Position numbers and translations under genes: made by a program. From positions 1,634,101 through 1,698,100 of the forward strand of contig NC_092677.1 in assembly GCF_964355755.1 (NCBI RefSeq): a stretch of 64,000 nt of DNA, written 5' to 3'. Source of the DNA: Antedon mediterranea (taxonomy: Eukaryota; Animalia; Echinodermata). The notes beneath the pieces were generated by a model, which was not told where the DNA came from, did not search any database, and saw nothing but the letters and a program-made list of their open reading frames with translations. Positions 63,101 to 64,000 of the stretch are shown in pieces; position 1 is the first letter of the stretch, and each line of letters starts with the position of its first letter.

Positions 63101-64000
63101 AAAAAAGAAGAGAAACTCATCAAACAAGAGATGGCTAAAATCAGGAAAGAAATGTTAGAACAGAGACGTCTGGAAGAGGAGGCTAAACTAGAAAAGAAAC
63201 ATCTGGAAGAGGAGGCTAGAGTAAAGGATAGACTAGAAAAAGAAAGACAAATATCAGTTAGGGAAGAAGCAATAAAACAGCTTAAAAAGGAAGAAGAAGA
63301 AAACAAAAGAAGAATAGAAGAAGAAAGAATAGATTTATTGAAGAAAGTGCATGATCAGAAAGTTTCTAAACAAAAAGAAGAATTAAAGGTAATAACCAAT
63401 GTTTAGCCTGTTTGTAGCCATCACATTTACATAATCTATTTTTAGCCTGCAAAAATACATGTTTCTTTTATTCTATTTTTAGATTCTTAAACAACATTTC
63501 TCTGCCTGGTACAAACTAACACTAAATAATCGCTTAAAAATTGGTAAGGCACGTGCTGTAGCTGACTGGAGATGCATGCTGCGTGCCTGGAATGCATGGA
63601 GATCATACGTCTACGCAGCGACTGCAGAACGCGATTTGAAAGAAACAGAATGGCACGTTAAAGAATCTCAAAGGTTAGATTATCATTGTAAAATAAGAGG
63701 ACATTTTTAAAGAATTTTATTGTTGATATGAAGTTTGATATAGATATTATATTATATATATATTCTGTGAAGCTCTTACTCCCTGCATAAGTACATTCCT
63801 AGCAATCACTATCATCTATTTTTCCAAGTTAAGATCTTTTACTTATTTTACTTTCAATTGCTTTTTTTATTTTATTTATTTCATGGATTACTTTTATTTT
63901 TATGTGGAGCGCATAGAGGCTTTATGCATTATGCGCTTAAAGTCCAAATTTATTATTATTTACAGAAAGCTAACTTTAGCAGATAAGTTCAGTCGACACA
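60107..64000 (+). CDS. CCDC191: Coiled-coil domain-containing protein 191, 3'-partial
   Basis: Exons: 60107-60172 (VYKWRRW), 61006-61047 (DDIQHWIK, GC donor), 61663-61798 (KVEAASDQA), 62044-62244 (AQDLLNQWM), 62565-62731 (KDPKTTMQARQ), 62969-63388 (coiled coil), 63483-63673 (LKQHFSAWYKL...KARAVADWR..LRAWNAWR), 63966-64000. Confidence 0.85.
60233..60530. repeat. TAGGCCTA/CTAG low-complexity tract followed by 16-bp aaagtcgccccatcgc repeats (likely a transposon end)
   Basis: Seen directly in CCDC191 intron 1. Confidence 0.65.
61045..61468. repeat. 15-bp minisatellite (aaggcgagccattta), ~28 copies, starting at a splice donor
   Basis: Tandem array; the first unit overlaps the end of exon 61006-61047. 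Confidence 0.95.

Overview
AT-rich, intron-rich animal genomic DNA, not prokaryotic. It is probably an invertebrate deuterostome; frequent TAGGCCTA motifs and the repeat families weakly suggest an echinoderm. All gene models were spliced by hand from GT/GC-AG sites and reading-frame phase. The first ~56 kb is a cluster of immunoglobulin-superfamily membrane-protein genes. (1) The 3' part of a + strand Ig/EGF receptor has 18 single-exon EGF modules whose extra cysteines suggest inter-domain disulfide stapling. (2) An Ig pseudogene remnant follows. (3) A - strand V-C2-Ig-EGF-TM adhesion-type gene ends in a PDZ-type motif. (4,5) Two paralogous - strand V-C2-TM receptors have cytoplasmic regions that align to a strongly degenerated NEU2/3/4-type sialidase beta-propeller. 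(6) A - strand gene has an N-terminal membrane anchor, an IgV split by a 133-aa tyrosine-motif insert, a second IgV, and a clear sialidase fold lacking key catalytic residues. Genes 4-6 are the main candidate for an undescribed system: Ig receptors plus an adaptor that share an intracellular pseudo-sialidase domain. The window ends with MRPL40 head-to-head with CCDC191. L2/CR1 fragments, SINEs, MITEs, HINE/Helitron-like elements and minisatellites are interspersed.
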